38,829 nucleotides of DNA from sequence record MH717096.1. One strand, written 5' to 3'. Below, piece by piece: positions 28,396 to 37,066 of this stretch. The first letter of the stretch is position 1, and each line of letters begins with the position of its first letter. A program made the translations under genes and the position numbers. The notes beneath the pieces are model-generated. The model saw only the letters and a list, made by a program, of their open reading frames with translations. It searched no databases and was not told the origin of the DNA. This DNA is from Escherichia phage N7.

Positions 28396-28410
28396 ATTTT
28401 TAAAGGAAAT

Positions 28411-28436
28411 AAAAAAAAGGGGCGAATGCCCCCTTA
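28411..28436 (-). terminator. rho-independent terminator downstream of repressor gene
   Basis: Minus-strand GC-rich hairpin (GGGGC-ATTC-GCCCC) followed by TTTTTTTT. Confidence 0.6.
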
Positions 28437-29084
28437 TGGAAGGTTTGCTAGTTTTGCATCGACAACTACGCCGATGATTTTGCAGTTTCCGTTGATCTCG
28501 ATCATCGGATATTGTGGGTTAAGTGGTTTTAGAAACTTCCTGCCTGCATCAATAACTAACTTCTTGAAAGTTGCCTCGTTTTCTCCTTCGAGCTTTGCAA
28601 CTACCAGTTTCCCGTTACGCGGCTCTACTTCAGGATCGACGAGTATTATCATTCCTTCAGGGATACTGAGACCGGCCGGAGCCGTCATTGAGTCTCCCTT
28701 CACGTCCAACCAAAACGAATCTTCTGAACAGTCTACGGTTGTATCGTACCAGTTATCTATTGCACGCTTATGATATGGTTCTACAGCTTCCATCCAGCAT
28801 CCTGCGCTCACCCAGCTAATCAGAGGGTATGACCCTCTTGGATCATGCCTACTGTGATAGGCAATGTTTGAAAGACTTTCCTCTCCTTTCATCAGATAGT
28901 CAGGGGAACACTTCAACGCATTAGCCAGGGCGAGAAGATTCTCTCCATTTGGCTCTGTCTCAGAGCGTTCCCACTGAGATATGGCAACATTAGACACGCC
29001 GACCATCTTTCCAAGTGCGGCCTGCCTGATCTTGAGTTCTTTTCTCCGAGCGCGAATGCGCTCTCCCATCAATTGAGTTTTCAT
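28434..29084 (-). CDS. c2: prophage repressor (P22 C2 / CI type)
   Basis: 216 aa; MKTQLMGERIRARRKELKIRQAALGKMVGVSNVAISQWERSETEPNGENL... closely matches recalled P22 C2; C-terminal LexA-like autocleavage domain. Confidence 0.9.
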   Translation of the reverse strand: MKTQLMGERIRARRKELKIRQAALGKMVGVSNVAISQWERSETEPNGENLLALANALKCSPDYLMKGEESLSNIAYHSRHDPRGSYPLISWVSAGCWMEAVEPYHKRAIDNWYDTTVDCSEDSFWLDVKGDSMTAPAGLSIPEGMIILVDPEVEPRNGKLVVAKLEGENEATFKKLVIDAGRKFLKPLNPQYPMIEINGNCKIIGVVVDAKLANLP

Positions 29085-29164
29085 AGTTAAGACATCTTAA
29101 ATAAACTTGACTTAAGATTCCTTTAGTGGATAATTTAAGTGTTCTTTAATTTCGGAGCGAGTCT
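29085..29164. promoter_or_regulatory. OR operators with pRM/pR
   Basis: Operator-like TTAAGACATCTTAA and AATTTAAGTGTTCTTTAATT; pR TTGACT (29107-29112) and GATAAT (29129-29134). Confidence 0.6.
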
Positions 29165-29350
29165 ATGTACAAGAAAGATGTTATCGACCACTTCGGAACC
29201 CAGCGTGCTGTAGCTAAAGCGTTAGGCATTAGCGACGCAGCAGTCTCTCAGTGGAAGGAAGTCATCCCAGAGAAAGACGCCTATCGACTGGAAGTCGTTA
29301 CAGCTGGCGCCCTGAAGTATCAAGAAAGCGCTTACCGCAAAGCGGCATAA
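29165..29350 (+). CDS. cro: Cro
   Basis: 61 aa MYKKDVIDHFGTQRAVAKALGISDAAVSQWKEVIPEKDAYRLE..., near-identical to recalled P22 Cro. Confidence 0.9.
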   Translation: MYKKDVIDHFGTQRAVAKALGISDAAVSQWKEVIPEKDAYRLEVVTAGALKYQESAYRKAA

Positions 29351-29357
29351 GCAAATT

Positions 29358-29400
29358 GCTCTTTAACAGTCATGGTCCTCATTCCCGCCGAAATGCGGGA
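29358..29400 (+). promoter_or_regulatory. nutR (boxA + boxB)
   Basis: GCTCTTTAACA followed by hairpin TCCCGC-CGAAAT-GCGGGA between cro and c1. Confidence 0.55.
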
Positions 29401-29458
29401 ATACAACGCGCATAAGTTGATGCGCATAACTTCTTATTTGTTAAGGAAATACTTACAT

Positions 29459-29737
29459 ATGGAACTTACAAGTACTCGCAAGAAAGCGAATGCAATTACA
29501 AGCAACATCCTGAATCGAATTGCTGTACGTGGTCAGCGAAAGGTTGCCGACGCGTTAGGGATTAATGAATCGCAAATTTCGCGATGGAAAGACAGCTTCA
29601 TCCCAAAAATGGGAATGCTTCTTGCTGTTCTTGAATGGGGTGTTGAAGACGAGGAGTTGGCGGAACTGGCTAAGAAAGTAGCCAGAATGCTGACAAAAGA
29701 AAAAGCCCCGAAGAACGGCGAATTCTTCGAGGCCTGA
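29459..29737 (+). CDS. c1: C1 (lambda CII analogue)
   Basis: ATG at 29459 after AAGGAAA gives 92 aa MELTSTRKKANAITSNILNRIAVRGQRKVADALGINESQISRWK..., matching recalled P22 C1. Confidence 0.8.
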   Translation: MELTSTRKKANAITSNILNRIAVRGQRKVADALGINESQISRWKDSFIPKMGMLLAVLEWGVEDEELAELAKKVARMLTKEKAPKNGEFFEA

Positions 29738-29771
29738 TGTAGAAAGACTGGATCAATCCACAGGAGTCATT

Positions 29772-30617
29772 ATGACAAATACAGCAAAAATACTCAACTT
29801 CGGCAGAGGTAACTTTGCCGAACAGGAGCTAAGAGTGGCTGATATCGATGATGGTTACACCAGATTCGCTAACGAGCTGCTGGAAGCTATCGCAAGTGCC
29901 GATTTAACCGCTCGCCAGTTGAAAGTTATGCTGGCCTACGTCCGGAAAACATATGGCTTCAATAAGAAAACAGATCGAATAGCCGATGAGCAAATTGCTC
30001 AGTTAACAGGACTGTCAAGGCAGAATGTTAACAAGGCTAAAAAAGAACTGATTTCAATGAATTGCCTGTTTATGGATGGAAATCAAATCGGTGTAAACAG
30101 GGAGGTATCTGCGTGGCAATTCAGCAAGTGTCTCCAAGTTAGCAACTTTGTCTCGAAGTTAGAGACAAAAAGTGTCTCCAAATTAGAGACACTCAATGTC
30201 TCGAAGTTAGAGACACACAAAAGACATTCTTTAAAGACAAAAGAAAATATTAATAAACCCCCTATATCCCCCAAAAAAGTTTCTCAGAAGTTCGACCCGC
30301 TAGAAACAGAGTTGCCTGATTGGTTATCAGCAGAAACATGGTTGTCGTGGGTTACCTATCGCAAGGAGATAGGTAAGTCGATCAAGTCTAAGCAAAGTGT
30401 CACTCAGGCTATCAACGTTCTATGCAGAAGTCTGGAGAAGGGATATACACCTGAAGAAATTATAAACCAGAGCATCGCCAGTGGTTGGCAGGGTATTTTT
30501 GAGCCCAAGACTCCAAAGGGGAAATCTCAACCGAGGCCGCAGCATCGAGCTATGCAGGAAAACTTTGCCACCAAAGATTACGGACAAACTGAAATGCCTT
30601 CATGGGCGCAGGAGTGA
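29772..30617 (+). CDS. O: replication initiator (lambda O / P22 gene 18 type)
   Basis: N-terminus MTNTAKILNFGRGNFAEQE... matches recalled lambda O; iterons lie inside the gene. Confidence 0.8.
   Translation: MTNTAKILNFGRGNFAEQELRVADIDDGYTRFANELLEAIASADLTARQLKVMLAYVRKTYGFNKKTDRIADEQIAQLTGLSRQNVNKAKKELISMNCLFMDGNQIGVNREVSAWQFSKCLQVSNFVSKLETKSVSKLETLNVSKLETHKRHSLKTKENINKPPISPKKVSQKFDPLETELPDWLSAETWLSWVTYRKEIGKSIKSKQSVTQAINVLCRSLEKGYTPEEIINQSIASGWQGIFEPKTPKGKSQPRPQHRAMQENFATKDYGQTEMPSWAQE
30129..30215. repeat. origin iterons (4 x ~19 bp, consensus TGTCTCSAARTTAGAGACA, 24-bp period)
   Basis: Repeats begin at 30129, 30149, 30173, 30197; followed by an AT-rich stretch 30216-30270. Confidence 0.65.
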
Positions 30618-30619
30618 AC

Positions 30620-31465
30620 ATGACGCTGGATGAAAAGATCTCCCAACTGGAGAAAAAACTTGCAGAATTGAGTTCTCCGCCAATTGCTATCGAGCATACA
30701 GCTGTAGAAATTGGCACTGGCATCTGTGAAAAACATGGTGAGTTTGAGCAGCGTAACCGTTACTCGACTGGGCCAATTAAGTTTGCCTCAAGACCTAGCG
30801 AATGCCCGGAATGCATGAGAGATGAGCTTATTCGGCTACAGGCAGAGAAGATTAAAATCGACGAGGAATCACGTAAGCGCAATGTCGAGTTTCTGTTGAA
30901 TAATCTTGATATTCCTGAACGATTCAAGGGTTGCACACTACAGAACTACGAGCCAGTCAACGACGATGCAAAGAGAGTGCTCAGGGTGTGTCAGGCATAC
31001 GCCAGCAAATGGCCTGAGAGGTTACAGAAAGGCGGTGGGCTGGTTATGTGTGGAAAGCCTGGTACTGGAAAGAATCATCTTGCACTGGCTATCGCCCGGC
31101 ACGCAATTACGGAACATCAAAGCTCAGCTATTTTCACAACGGCGCTGAAAATTGCCAGAGAATATAAATCAACATGGTCGAAAAACTCCACCCGCACAGA
31201 GGATGAAGTGATCCGACAGTTCACTAAACCTGACCTGCTAATTATCGATGAGGTTGGTGTGCAGTTCGGAAGCGAGGCGGAAAAGATGATCATGTTCGAA
31301 ATCATCAACACCCGCTACGAGCGCATGAAGCCAACAATCCTGATTAGCAACCAGAGCAAAGATGAACTGTCTGCATTCATTGGTGAGCGTGTTATTGACA
31401 GGATGAATGATGGCGGCGGATGCACTCTTGCGTTTACATGGGATAGTTACAGGAGCAGAACGTGA
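30620..31465 (+). CDS. DnaC-like helicase loader (AAA+ ATPase)
   Basis: ATG at 30620 after GGAGTGA; Walker A GKPGTGKNHLA and Walker B LLIIDEVG; immediately follows O. Confidence 0.8.
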   Translation: MTLDEKISQLEKKLAELSSPPIAIEHTAVEIGTGICEKHGEFEQRNRYSTGPIKFASRPSECPECMRDELIRLQAEKIKIDEESRKRNVEFLLNNLDIPERFKGCTLQNYEPVNDDAKRVLRVCQAYASKWPERLQKGGGLVMCGKPGTGKNHLALAIARHAITEHQSSAIFTTALKIAREYKSTWSKNSTRTEDEVIRQFTKPDLLIIDEVGVQFGSEAEKMIMFEIINTRYERMKPTILISNQSKDELSAFIGERVIDRMNDGGGCTLAFTWDSYRSRT

Positions 31466-31752
31466 CTGGAAAAGAAATCATCCTGGAATATCTGAAAACT
31501 CATGAACAATTCTCCCCACATGAATTAGCACTGATCACCGGAATACCAAATAACAGAATCGCTCAAGCAGCAAGGCATATGGTGAAACAAGGACATTTGA
31601 GTGTTGTTGAGCGTAAGTGGAAGACGGTTATTTATGCAAAACGCAAAGTGAAGAAGGAGCCAATTAAAAGAAATCCAGATGGTACGGGGTGGGGATGTGC
31701 AAATCCAATGACGGCGTTTATTAATAGGGCGCTTATGGAGGTAAGGCAATGA
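31462..31752 (+). CDS. hypothetical protein (96 aa, possible winged HTH)
   Basis: Start overlaps upstream stop; followed by a strong terminator. Confidence 0.5.
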   Translation: MTGKEIILEYLKTHEQFSPHELALITGIPNNRIAQAARHMVKQGHLSVVERKWKTVIYAKRKVKKEPIKRNPDGTGWGCANPMTAFINRALMEVRQ

Positions 31753-31777
31753 CCATCTACATCACTGAGTTAATAAC

Positions 31778-31809
31778 AGGCCTGCTGATAATCGCAGGCC
31801 TTTTTATTT
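31778..31809 (+). terminator. rho-independent terminator (tR2-like)
   Basis: Perfect 8-bp stem AGGCCTGC / GCAGGCCT, 8-nt loop, then TTTTTATTT. Confidence 0.7.
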
Positions 31810-31825
31810 GGGGGAGAGGGAAGTC

Positions 31826-32266
31826 ATGAAAAAACTAACCTTTGAAATTCGATCTCCGGCACATCAGCAAAACGCTATTCACGCAGTACAGCAAATCCTT
31901 CCAGACCCAACCAAGCCAATCGTAGTGATCATTCAGGAGCGCAACCGCAGCTTAGACCAGAATCGGAAGCTTTGGGCTTGCCTTGGTGACGTCTCTCGTC
32001 AGGTTGAATGGCATGGTCGCTGGCTGGATGCAGAAAGCTGGAAGTGTGTGTTTACCGCAGCATTAAAGCAGCAGGACGTTGTTCCTAACCTTGCCGGGAA
32101 TGGCTTTGTGGTAATAGGCCAGTCAACCAGCAGGATGCGTGTAAACGAATTTGCGGAGCTATTAGAGCTTATACAGGCATTCGGTACAGAGCGTGGCGTT
32201 AAGTGGTCAGACGAAGCGCGACTGGCTCTCGAATGGAAAGCGCGATGGGGAGATCGGGCTGCATGA
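31826..32266 (+). CDS. ninB: NinB (Orf-family recombination mediator)
   Basis: ATG at 31826 (MKKLTFEIRSPAHQQNAIHAV...), about 146 aa like lambda NinB; first nin-region gene. Confidence 0.7.
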   Translation: MKKLTFEIRSPAHQQNAIHAVQQILPDPTKPIVVIIQERNRSLDQNRKLWACLGDVSRQVEWHGRWLDAESWKCVFTAALKQQDVVPNLAGNGFVVIGQSTSRMRVNEFAELLELIQAFGTERGVKWSDEARLALEWKARWGDRAA

Positions 32267-32790
32267 CTATCAAATCAAATACGCCAGCACACGACAAGGA
32301 CTGCTGGCAAACGCCGCTTTGGCTTTTTGATGCACTGGATATTGAGTTTGGATTCTGGCTGGATTCGGCAGCGAGCGACAAAAATGCTCTGTGCGCTCAC
32401 TGGTTAACTGAGGCCGACGACGCGCTCAATTCTGAGTGGATAAGCCACGGTGCAATCTGGAATAACCCACCGTACAGCAATATCAGGCCGTGGGTGGAGA
32501 AAGCCGCTGAGCAGTGCATACAACAGCGACAGACGGTAGTGATGCTTGTGCCAGAGGATATGTCAGTCGGATGGTTCAGCAAGGCTCTGGAGAGTGTTGA
32601 CGAAGTTCGTATTATCACTGATGGACGGATTAATTTTATCGAACCATCGACAGGGCTGGAGAAAAAGGGAAACAGCAAAGGATCCATGCTGCTGATTTGG
32701 CGACCGTTCATCAGTCCTCGACGGATGTTTACTACCGTATCCAAAGTGGCATTGATGGCGATCGGGCAGGGCGTCAGGAGGGCGGCATGA
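32263..32790 (+). CDS. phage orphan N6-adenine DNA methyltransferase (Dam-like)
   Basis: ATG overlaps ninB stop; NPPY motif (IWNNPPYSN) typical of N6-adenine methyltransferases. Confidence 0.7.
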   Translation: MTIKSNTPAHDKDCWQTPLWLFDALDIEFGFWLDSAASDKNALCAHWLTEADDALNSEWISHGAIWNNPPYSNIRPWVEKAAEQCIQQRQTVVMLVPEDMSVGWFSKALESVDEVRIITDGRINFIEPSTGLEKKGNSKGSMLLIWRPFISPRRMFTTVSKVALMAIGQGVRRAA

Positions 32791-32963
32791 GGCGACAGCG
32801 ACGAAGTATCACCGACATAATCTGCGAAAACTGCAAATACCTTCCAACGAAACGCTCCAGAAATAAACGCAAGCCAATCCCAAAAGAATCTGACGTAAAA
32901 ACCTTCAACTACACGGCTCACCTGTGGGATATCCGGTGGCTAAGACATCGTGCGAGGAAATGA
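32787..32963 (+). CDS. NinE-like small protein
   Basis: ATGA overlap with dam stop; [27 protein letters not shown]... resembles recalled lambda NinE. Confidence 0.5.
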   Translation: MRRQRRSITDIICENCKYLPTKRSRNKRKPIPKESDVKTFNYTAHLWDIRWLRHRARK

Positions 32964-33325
32964 CAATGGATTATTCACAGTTAAGTGATTTTGAAATTAA
33001 CGTGGTGGTATTCGAAGCCATTCATAACGGATCACCGGATTACAAAGAAGGTGAGAATGGCGATATGGTGTTTGTCTCATTTGAGGGAGACATTGTAAAC
33101 GGAGACGCAGTTGAAGTAGAAGTTGAGCGCGGATCCTTTAACCCATGCGCAAACCCAGCAGACGCATGGCCGATTATTGAAAAATACAGGATTAGCATTA
33201 TCAATCTCGATGAAGACGAGTGGGGTGCACGCGGTGTGGCCTACTGTAAATCTAAGCGAGCTATACATAAAAATCCCCTTCGCGCCGCCATGATTGTCTT
33301 TCTCATGATGCAGAGAATCCAATAA
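32960..33325 (+). CDS. hypothetical nin-region protein
   Basis: ATG at 32960 overlaps previous stop; acidic about 120 aa. Confidence 0.5.
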   Translation: MTMDYSQLSDFEINVVVFEAIHNGSPDYKEGENGDMVFVSFEGDIVNGDAVEVEVERGSFNPCANPADAWPIIEKYRISIINLDEDEWGARGVAYCKSKRAIHKNPLRAAMIVFLMMQRIQ

Positions 33326-33501
33326 TGCTTAGCCCATCCCAATCCCTTCAATACCAGAAAGAAAGCGTCGAGCGGGCTTTAACGTGCGCTAACTGCGGCC
33401 AGAAGCTGCATGTGCTGGAAGTTCACGTGTGCTCCGATTGCTGCGCAGAACTGATGAGCGATCCGAATAGCTCAATGTACGAGGAAGAAGACGATGAATG
33501 A
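33325..33501 (+). CDS. NinF-like small Cys-rich protein (58 aa; not in ORF track)
   Basis: TAATG overlap with upstream stop; [40 protein letters not shown]..., resembles recalled lambda NinF; stop overlaps next start. Confidence 0.45.
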   Translation: MLSPSQSLQYQKESVERALTCANCGQKLHVLEVHVCSDCCAELMSDPNSSMYEEEDDE

Positions 33502-34216
33502 GTTAATAAATGGCAATGCCATCAAAATGACAAGCATTGAAATCGCTGAGTTGGTGGGTAAGCGTCATGACAATGTGAAACGTACCATCGAAACGCTGGC
33601 TAAAAATGGTGTTATCCGGCTTCCTCAAATTGAGGTTTCCGAAAGAATCAATAACTTAGGGTTCAATGTTCAGTACGAGCATTACGTCTTCGAGGGCGAA
33701 CAAGGTAAGCGAGACAGTATTGTCGTTGTTGCCCAGTTGTCGCCAGAGTTCACCGCTCGCCTTGTTGACCGTTGGCGAGAGCTTGAAGAAGCTGCGGTTA
33801 ATATCCCCAAAACGCTACCGGAAGCGTTGCGCCTTGCTGCTGATCTTGCTGAGCAGAAAATGCAGCTGGAAAACCAGCTCGCAATTGCCGCACCTAAAGT
33901 TGAGTTTGCCGATCGCGTTGGCGAGGCCAGCGGAATTTTGATTGGAAACTTTGCAAAGGTTGTTGGAATTGGTCCAAACAAACTGTTTGCGTGGATGCGC
34001 GATCACAAAATCCTTATTGCTTCAGGTTCCCGGCGCAATGTGCCAATGCAGGAATATATGGATCGCGGCTATTTCACAGTGAAAGAAACAGCGGTCAACA
34101 CAAATCACGGAATACAGATATCGTTCACTACAAAAATCACCGGACGTGGCCAACAGTGGCTGACCAGAAAGCTGCTCGATAACGGAATGCTGAAAGTAAC
34201 CGGGGAGGCTGCTTAA
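33494..34216 (+). CDS. Rha-family regulatory protein with KilAC-like C-domain (antirepressor-like)
   Basis: N-terminal MTSIEIAELVGKRHDNVKRTIETL fits the Rha family; C-terminal part resembles antirepressor domains. Confidence 0.6.
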   Translation: MNELINGNAIKMTSIEIAELVGKRHDNVKRTIETLAKNGVIRLPQIEVSERINNLGFNVQYEHYVFEGEQGKRDSIVVVAQLSPEFTARLVDRWRELEEAAVNIPKTLPEALRLAADLAEQKMQLENQLAIAAPKVEFADRVGEASGILIGNFAKVVGIGPNKLFAWMRDHKILIASGSRRNVPMQEYMDRGYFTVKETAVNTNHGIQISFTTKITGRGQQWLTRKLLDNGMLKVTGEAA

Positions 34217-34506
34217 TGGCTAACCTACGCAAAGAAGCACGCGGCAGAGAATGCCAGGTACGTATTTACGGCGTATGCAATGGCAACCCTGAAACTACAG
34301 TTCTGGCACATTACCGGATGGCTGGAATTTGCGGAACGGGAATGAAGCCTGACGACCTGATCGGCGCATGGGCTTGTAGTGACTGCCACGCGGAGATCGA
34401 CCGACGCACCCATAACCTCGACAACAAAGACGCCAGACTTTACCACCTCGAAGGCGTGATCAGGACGCAGGCGATACTGCTGAAGGAGGGGAAGATTAAG
34501 CCATGA
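34216..34506 (+). CDS. hypothetical Cys/His-rich protein (96 aa)
   Basis: C..C...C..C..H pattern suggests metal binding; TAATG overlap with the Rha gene. Confidence 0.5.
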   Translation: MANLRKEARGRECQVRIYGVCNGNPETTVLAHYRMAGICGTGMKPDDLIGAWACSDCHAEIDRRTHNLDNKDARLYHLEGVIRTQAILLKEGKIKP

Positions 34507-34865
34507 ACGAATATCAGTTTGTGCTTCCATACCCACCGTCGCTGAATACCTACTGGCGAAGACGGGGAAGCCAATACTACATCAGCGATAAAGGCCAGAA
34601 ATACCGAAAAGACGTTCAGCAAATCATCCGCCAACTTAAGTTAGACATTTTCACCAAATCACGACTCCGCATCAAAGTCATCGCAGACGTTCCAGACTCC
34701 CGCCGCCGCGACCTCGACAACATCCTGAAAGGTTTACTCGACTCCCTTATCCACGCCGGATTTGCGGAAGACGACGAGCAATTCGATGACATTCGCGTAA
34801 TTCGTGGTGTGAAAGTACCAGGTGGAAGGCTTGAAATAAAAATCACCGAACTGGAGAACGCATGA
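34503..34865 (+). CDS. rusA: Holliday-junction resolvase RusA
   Basis: 120 aa; DSRRRDLDNILKGLLDSL and ...GGRLEIKITEL match recalled RusA catalytic motifs. Confidence 0.85.
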   Translation: MNEYQFVLPYPPSLNTYWRRRGSQYYISDKGQKYRKDVQQIIRQLKLDIFTKSRLRIKVIADVPDSRRRDLDNILKGLLDSLIHAGFAEDDEQFDDIRVIRGVKVPGGRLEIKITELENA

Positions 34866-35050
34866 ACGCCACAATTCAAACGATACCAGAGCTTCTTATC
34901 CAGACACGAGGCAATCAGACCGAAGTGGCGAGGATGCTTTCCTGCGCAAGAGGAACAGTGCTCAAGTACAACCGAGACAGCAAAGGCGAGCGTCACGTAA
35001 TAGTTAACGGCGTCCTGATGGTCAAACAGGGCAAGAGGGGAAGACGATGA
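34862..35050 (+). CDS. NinH-like small DNA-binding protein
   Basis: 62 aa; HTH-like QTEVARMLSCARGTVLKY; ATGA overlaps on both sides. Confidence 0.5.
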   Translation: MNATIQTIPELLIQTRGNQTEVARMLSCARGTVLKYNRDSKGERHVIVNGVLMVKQGKRGRR

Positions 35051-35670
35051 GACTCGAAAGCGTAGCTAAATTTCATTCGCCAAAAAGCCCGATGATGAGC
35101 GACTCACCACGGGCCACGGCTTCTGACTCTCTTTCAGGTACTGATGTGATGGCTGCTATGGGGATGGCGCAATCACAAGCCGGATTCGGAATGGCTGCAT
35201 TCTGCGGTAAGCATGAACTCAGCCAGAACGACAAACAAAAGGCTATCAACTATCTGATGCAATTTGCACACAAGGTATCGGGGAAATACCGTGGTGTGGC
35301 AAAGCTTGAAGGAAATACTAAGGCAAAGGTACTGCAAGTTCTCGCAACATTCGCTTATGCGGATTATTGCCGTAGTGCCGCGACGCCGGGCGCAAGATGC
35401 AGAGATTGCCACGGTACAGGTCGGGCAGTTGATATAGCCAAAACAGAGCAGCGGGGGAGAGTTGTTGAGAAAGAGTGCGGAAGATGCAAAGGTGTCGGCT
35501 ATTCAAGGATGCCAGCAAGCGCCGCATATCGCGCTGTGACGATGCTAATCCCAAATCTTACCCAACCCACCTGGTCACGCACTGTTAAGCCGCTGTATGA
35601 CGCTCTGGTGGCGCAATGCCACAAAGAAGAGTCAATCGCAGACAACATTTTGAATGCGGTCACACGTTAG
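35047..35670 (+). CDS. Q: late antiterminator Q (lambda type)
   Basis: 207 aa; MRLESVAKFHSPKSPMMSDSPRATASD... and zinc-finger CRDCHGTGR...CGRCKG match recalled lambda Q. Confidence 0.9.
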   Translation: MRLESVAKFHSPKSPMMSDSPRATASDSLSGTDVMAAMGMAQSQAGFGMAAFCGKHELSQNDKQKAINYLMQFAHKVSGKYRGVAKLEGNTKAKVLQVLATFAYADYCRSAATPGARCRDCHGTGRAVDIAKTEQRGRVVEKECGRCKGVGYSRMPASAAYRAVTMLIPNLTQPTWSRTVKPLYDALVAQCHKEESIADNILNAVTR

Positions 35671-35712
35671 CAGCATGATTGCCACGGATGGCAACATATT
35701 AACGGCATAATA

Positions 35713-35741
35713 TTGACTCTTTGAATAAAGTTGGGTAAATT
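35713..35741 (+). promoter_or_regulatory. late promoter pR' (with qut region)
   Basis: TTGACT (35713-35718), 17-bp spacer, TAAATT (35736-35741), as recalled for lambda pR'. Confidence 0.55.
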
Positions 35742-35777
35742 TGACTCAACGATGGATAAATGCACTCGTTAAATAAA

Positions 35778-35805
35778 GCCCTGAGTTAATAGCTCGGGGC
35801 TTTTT
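35778..35805 (+). terminator. tR'-like terminator
   Basis: GCCCTGAG-TTAATAG-CTCGGGGC (one mismatch) followed by TTTTT. Confidence 0.6.
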
Positions 35806-35993
35806 GCGTTTTAAGCACGGCCTTTCTGAAAGCACATCAAGCCAAATACCAGACAGACAAAAATAATCACCTTATCCGCTGTGGCTACGGTGCGGTGTGC
35901 TTTGCATAAAAGAAAACCAGCGCAATGGCTGGCTTCGTGAAAGCGGGTGGCAAGAAGTTGTTGTCGATTAAAAATAAATACAAGGAGTAGCTT

Positions 35994-36515
35994 ATGCTAA
36001 GCGAAACAGCGAAAGATATCGCAGGATATGAAGGTAAATACTCCGTAACTACTGATGGCCGCGTTTATTCTCATTCGAGAGTTGATGCTCGTGGAAGGTT
36101 ACAGAAGGGCAGATGGCTTAAGCCTGTTAATCATAGTGATGGTTACTTGTATGTAAATCTCCGCGACAAAGGAGCACTTAAAAAACATTACATTCACAGG
36201 TTAGTGGCGGCTGCATTCATTGATAATCCAAACTCGCTTCCGCAGGTAAACCACATAAATGGAATCAAGTCTGACAACAGAGTAGATAATCTTGAGTGGG
36301 TTACTGGCTGCCAGAATATGGTCCATGCAAGCAAGTCAGGATTGCTAAACCCAATCAGTGGTGAGCGTCACTATTGTGCAAAACTCACTACTGAGCAAGT
36401 GAAAGAAATACGTGCGTGCAAATCAATGTCACAGCGTGAAATGGCGAGAATGTACGGCGTATCAAAAGCAACAATTGCAGGAATTCTTAACTATAAGACA
36501 TGGGTTATTTATTAA
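35994..36515 (+). CDS. HNH homing endonuclease
   Basis: 173 aa; SD AAGGAG; N-terminal GYEGKYSVTTDGRVYS motif, HNH core (...NHINGIKSDNRVDNLEWV...), C-terminal HTH; AT-rich flanks. Confidence 0.8.
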   Translation: MLSETAKDIAGYEGKYSVTTDGRVYSHSRVDARGRLQKGRWLKPVNHSDGYLYVNLRDKGALKKHYIHRLVAAAFIDNPNSLPQVNHINGIKSDNRVDNLEWVTGCQNMVHASKSGLLNPISGERHYCAKLTTEQVKEIRACKSMSQREMARMYGVSKATIAGILNYKTWVIY

Positions 36516-36742
36516 CTAATTAATTAAGAGCTCCCATTACAGGATGCATTTATGAGTGCATCCATTAATGGTCGTTAAATGCGATTGATATGGATACTGC
36601 GCAAACAGTATCCCTAATGGTCTCCTCGCGAAAACTGTGACGAGCAAACAGCGTTACCGCAAAATGTAGCCTGGATTTGTTCTATCAGTAACCGACCATA
36701 TTCCTAATTAAATAGAGCAAATCCCCTTATTGGGGGTAAGAC

Positions 36743-37066
36743 ATGAAGATGCCAGAAAAACATGACCTGTTAGCCGCCATTCTCGCGGCAAAGGAACAAG
36801 GCATCGGGGCAATCCTTGCGTTTGCAATGGCGTACCTTCGCGGCAGATATAATGGCGGTGCGTTTACAAAAACAGTAATCGACGCAACGATGTGCGCCAT
36901 TATCGCCTGGTTCATTCGTGACCTTCTCGACTTCGCCGGACTAAGTAGCAATCTCGCTTATATAACTAGCGTGTTCATCGGCTACATCGGTACTGACTCG
37001 ATTGGTTCGCTTATCAAACGCTTCGCTGCTAAAAAAGCCGGAGTAGAAGATGGTGGAAATCAATAA
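36743..37066 (+). CDS. S: holin S (dual-start)
   Basis: 107 aa [34 protein letters not shown]... matches recalled lambda S; Met1-Lys2-Met3 dual start. Confidence 0.9.
   Translation: MKMPEKHDLLAAILAAKEQGIGAILAFAMAYLRGRYNGGAFTKTVIDATMCAIIAWFIRDLLDFAGLSSNLAYITSVFIGYIGTDSIGSLIKRFAAKKAGVEDGGNQ

Noticed and set aside
30129-30215. Possible CRISPR-like repeat array
   Set aside because: The repeats are 19-bp inverted-repeat iterons within the O gene with 5-bp spacers, which is the ori pattern, not a CRISPR array; no cas genes.
32397-32921. 174-aa minus-strand ORF
   Set aside because: Antisense to the tightly coupled dam/ninE genes; no SD; plus-strand genes have clear motifs.
36516-36545. TTAATTAA + GAGCTC motif after the HNH gene resembling an engineered PacI/SacI stop linker
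   Set aside because: Consistent with natural AT-rich homing-endonuclease flanking DNA; there is no other sign of engineering.
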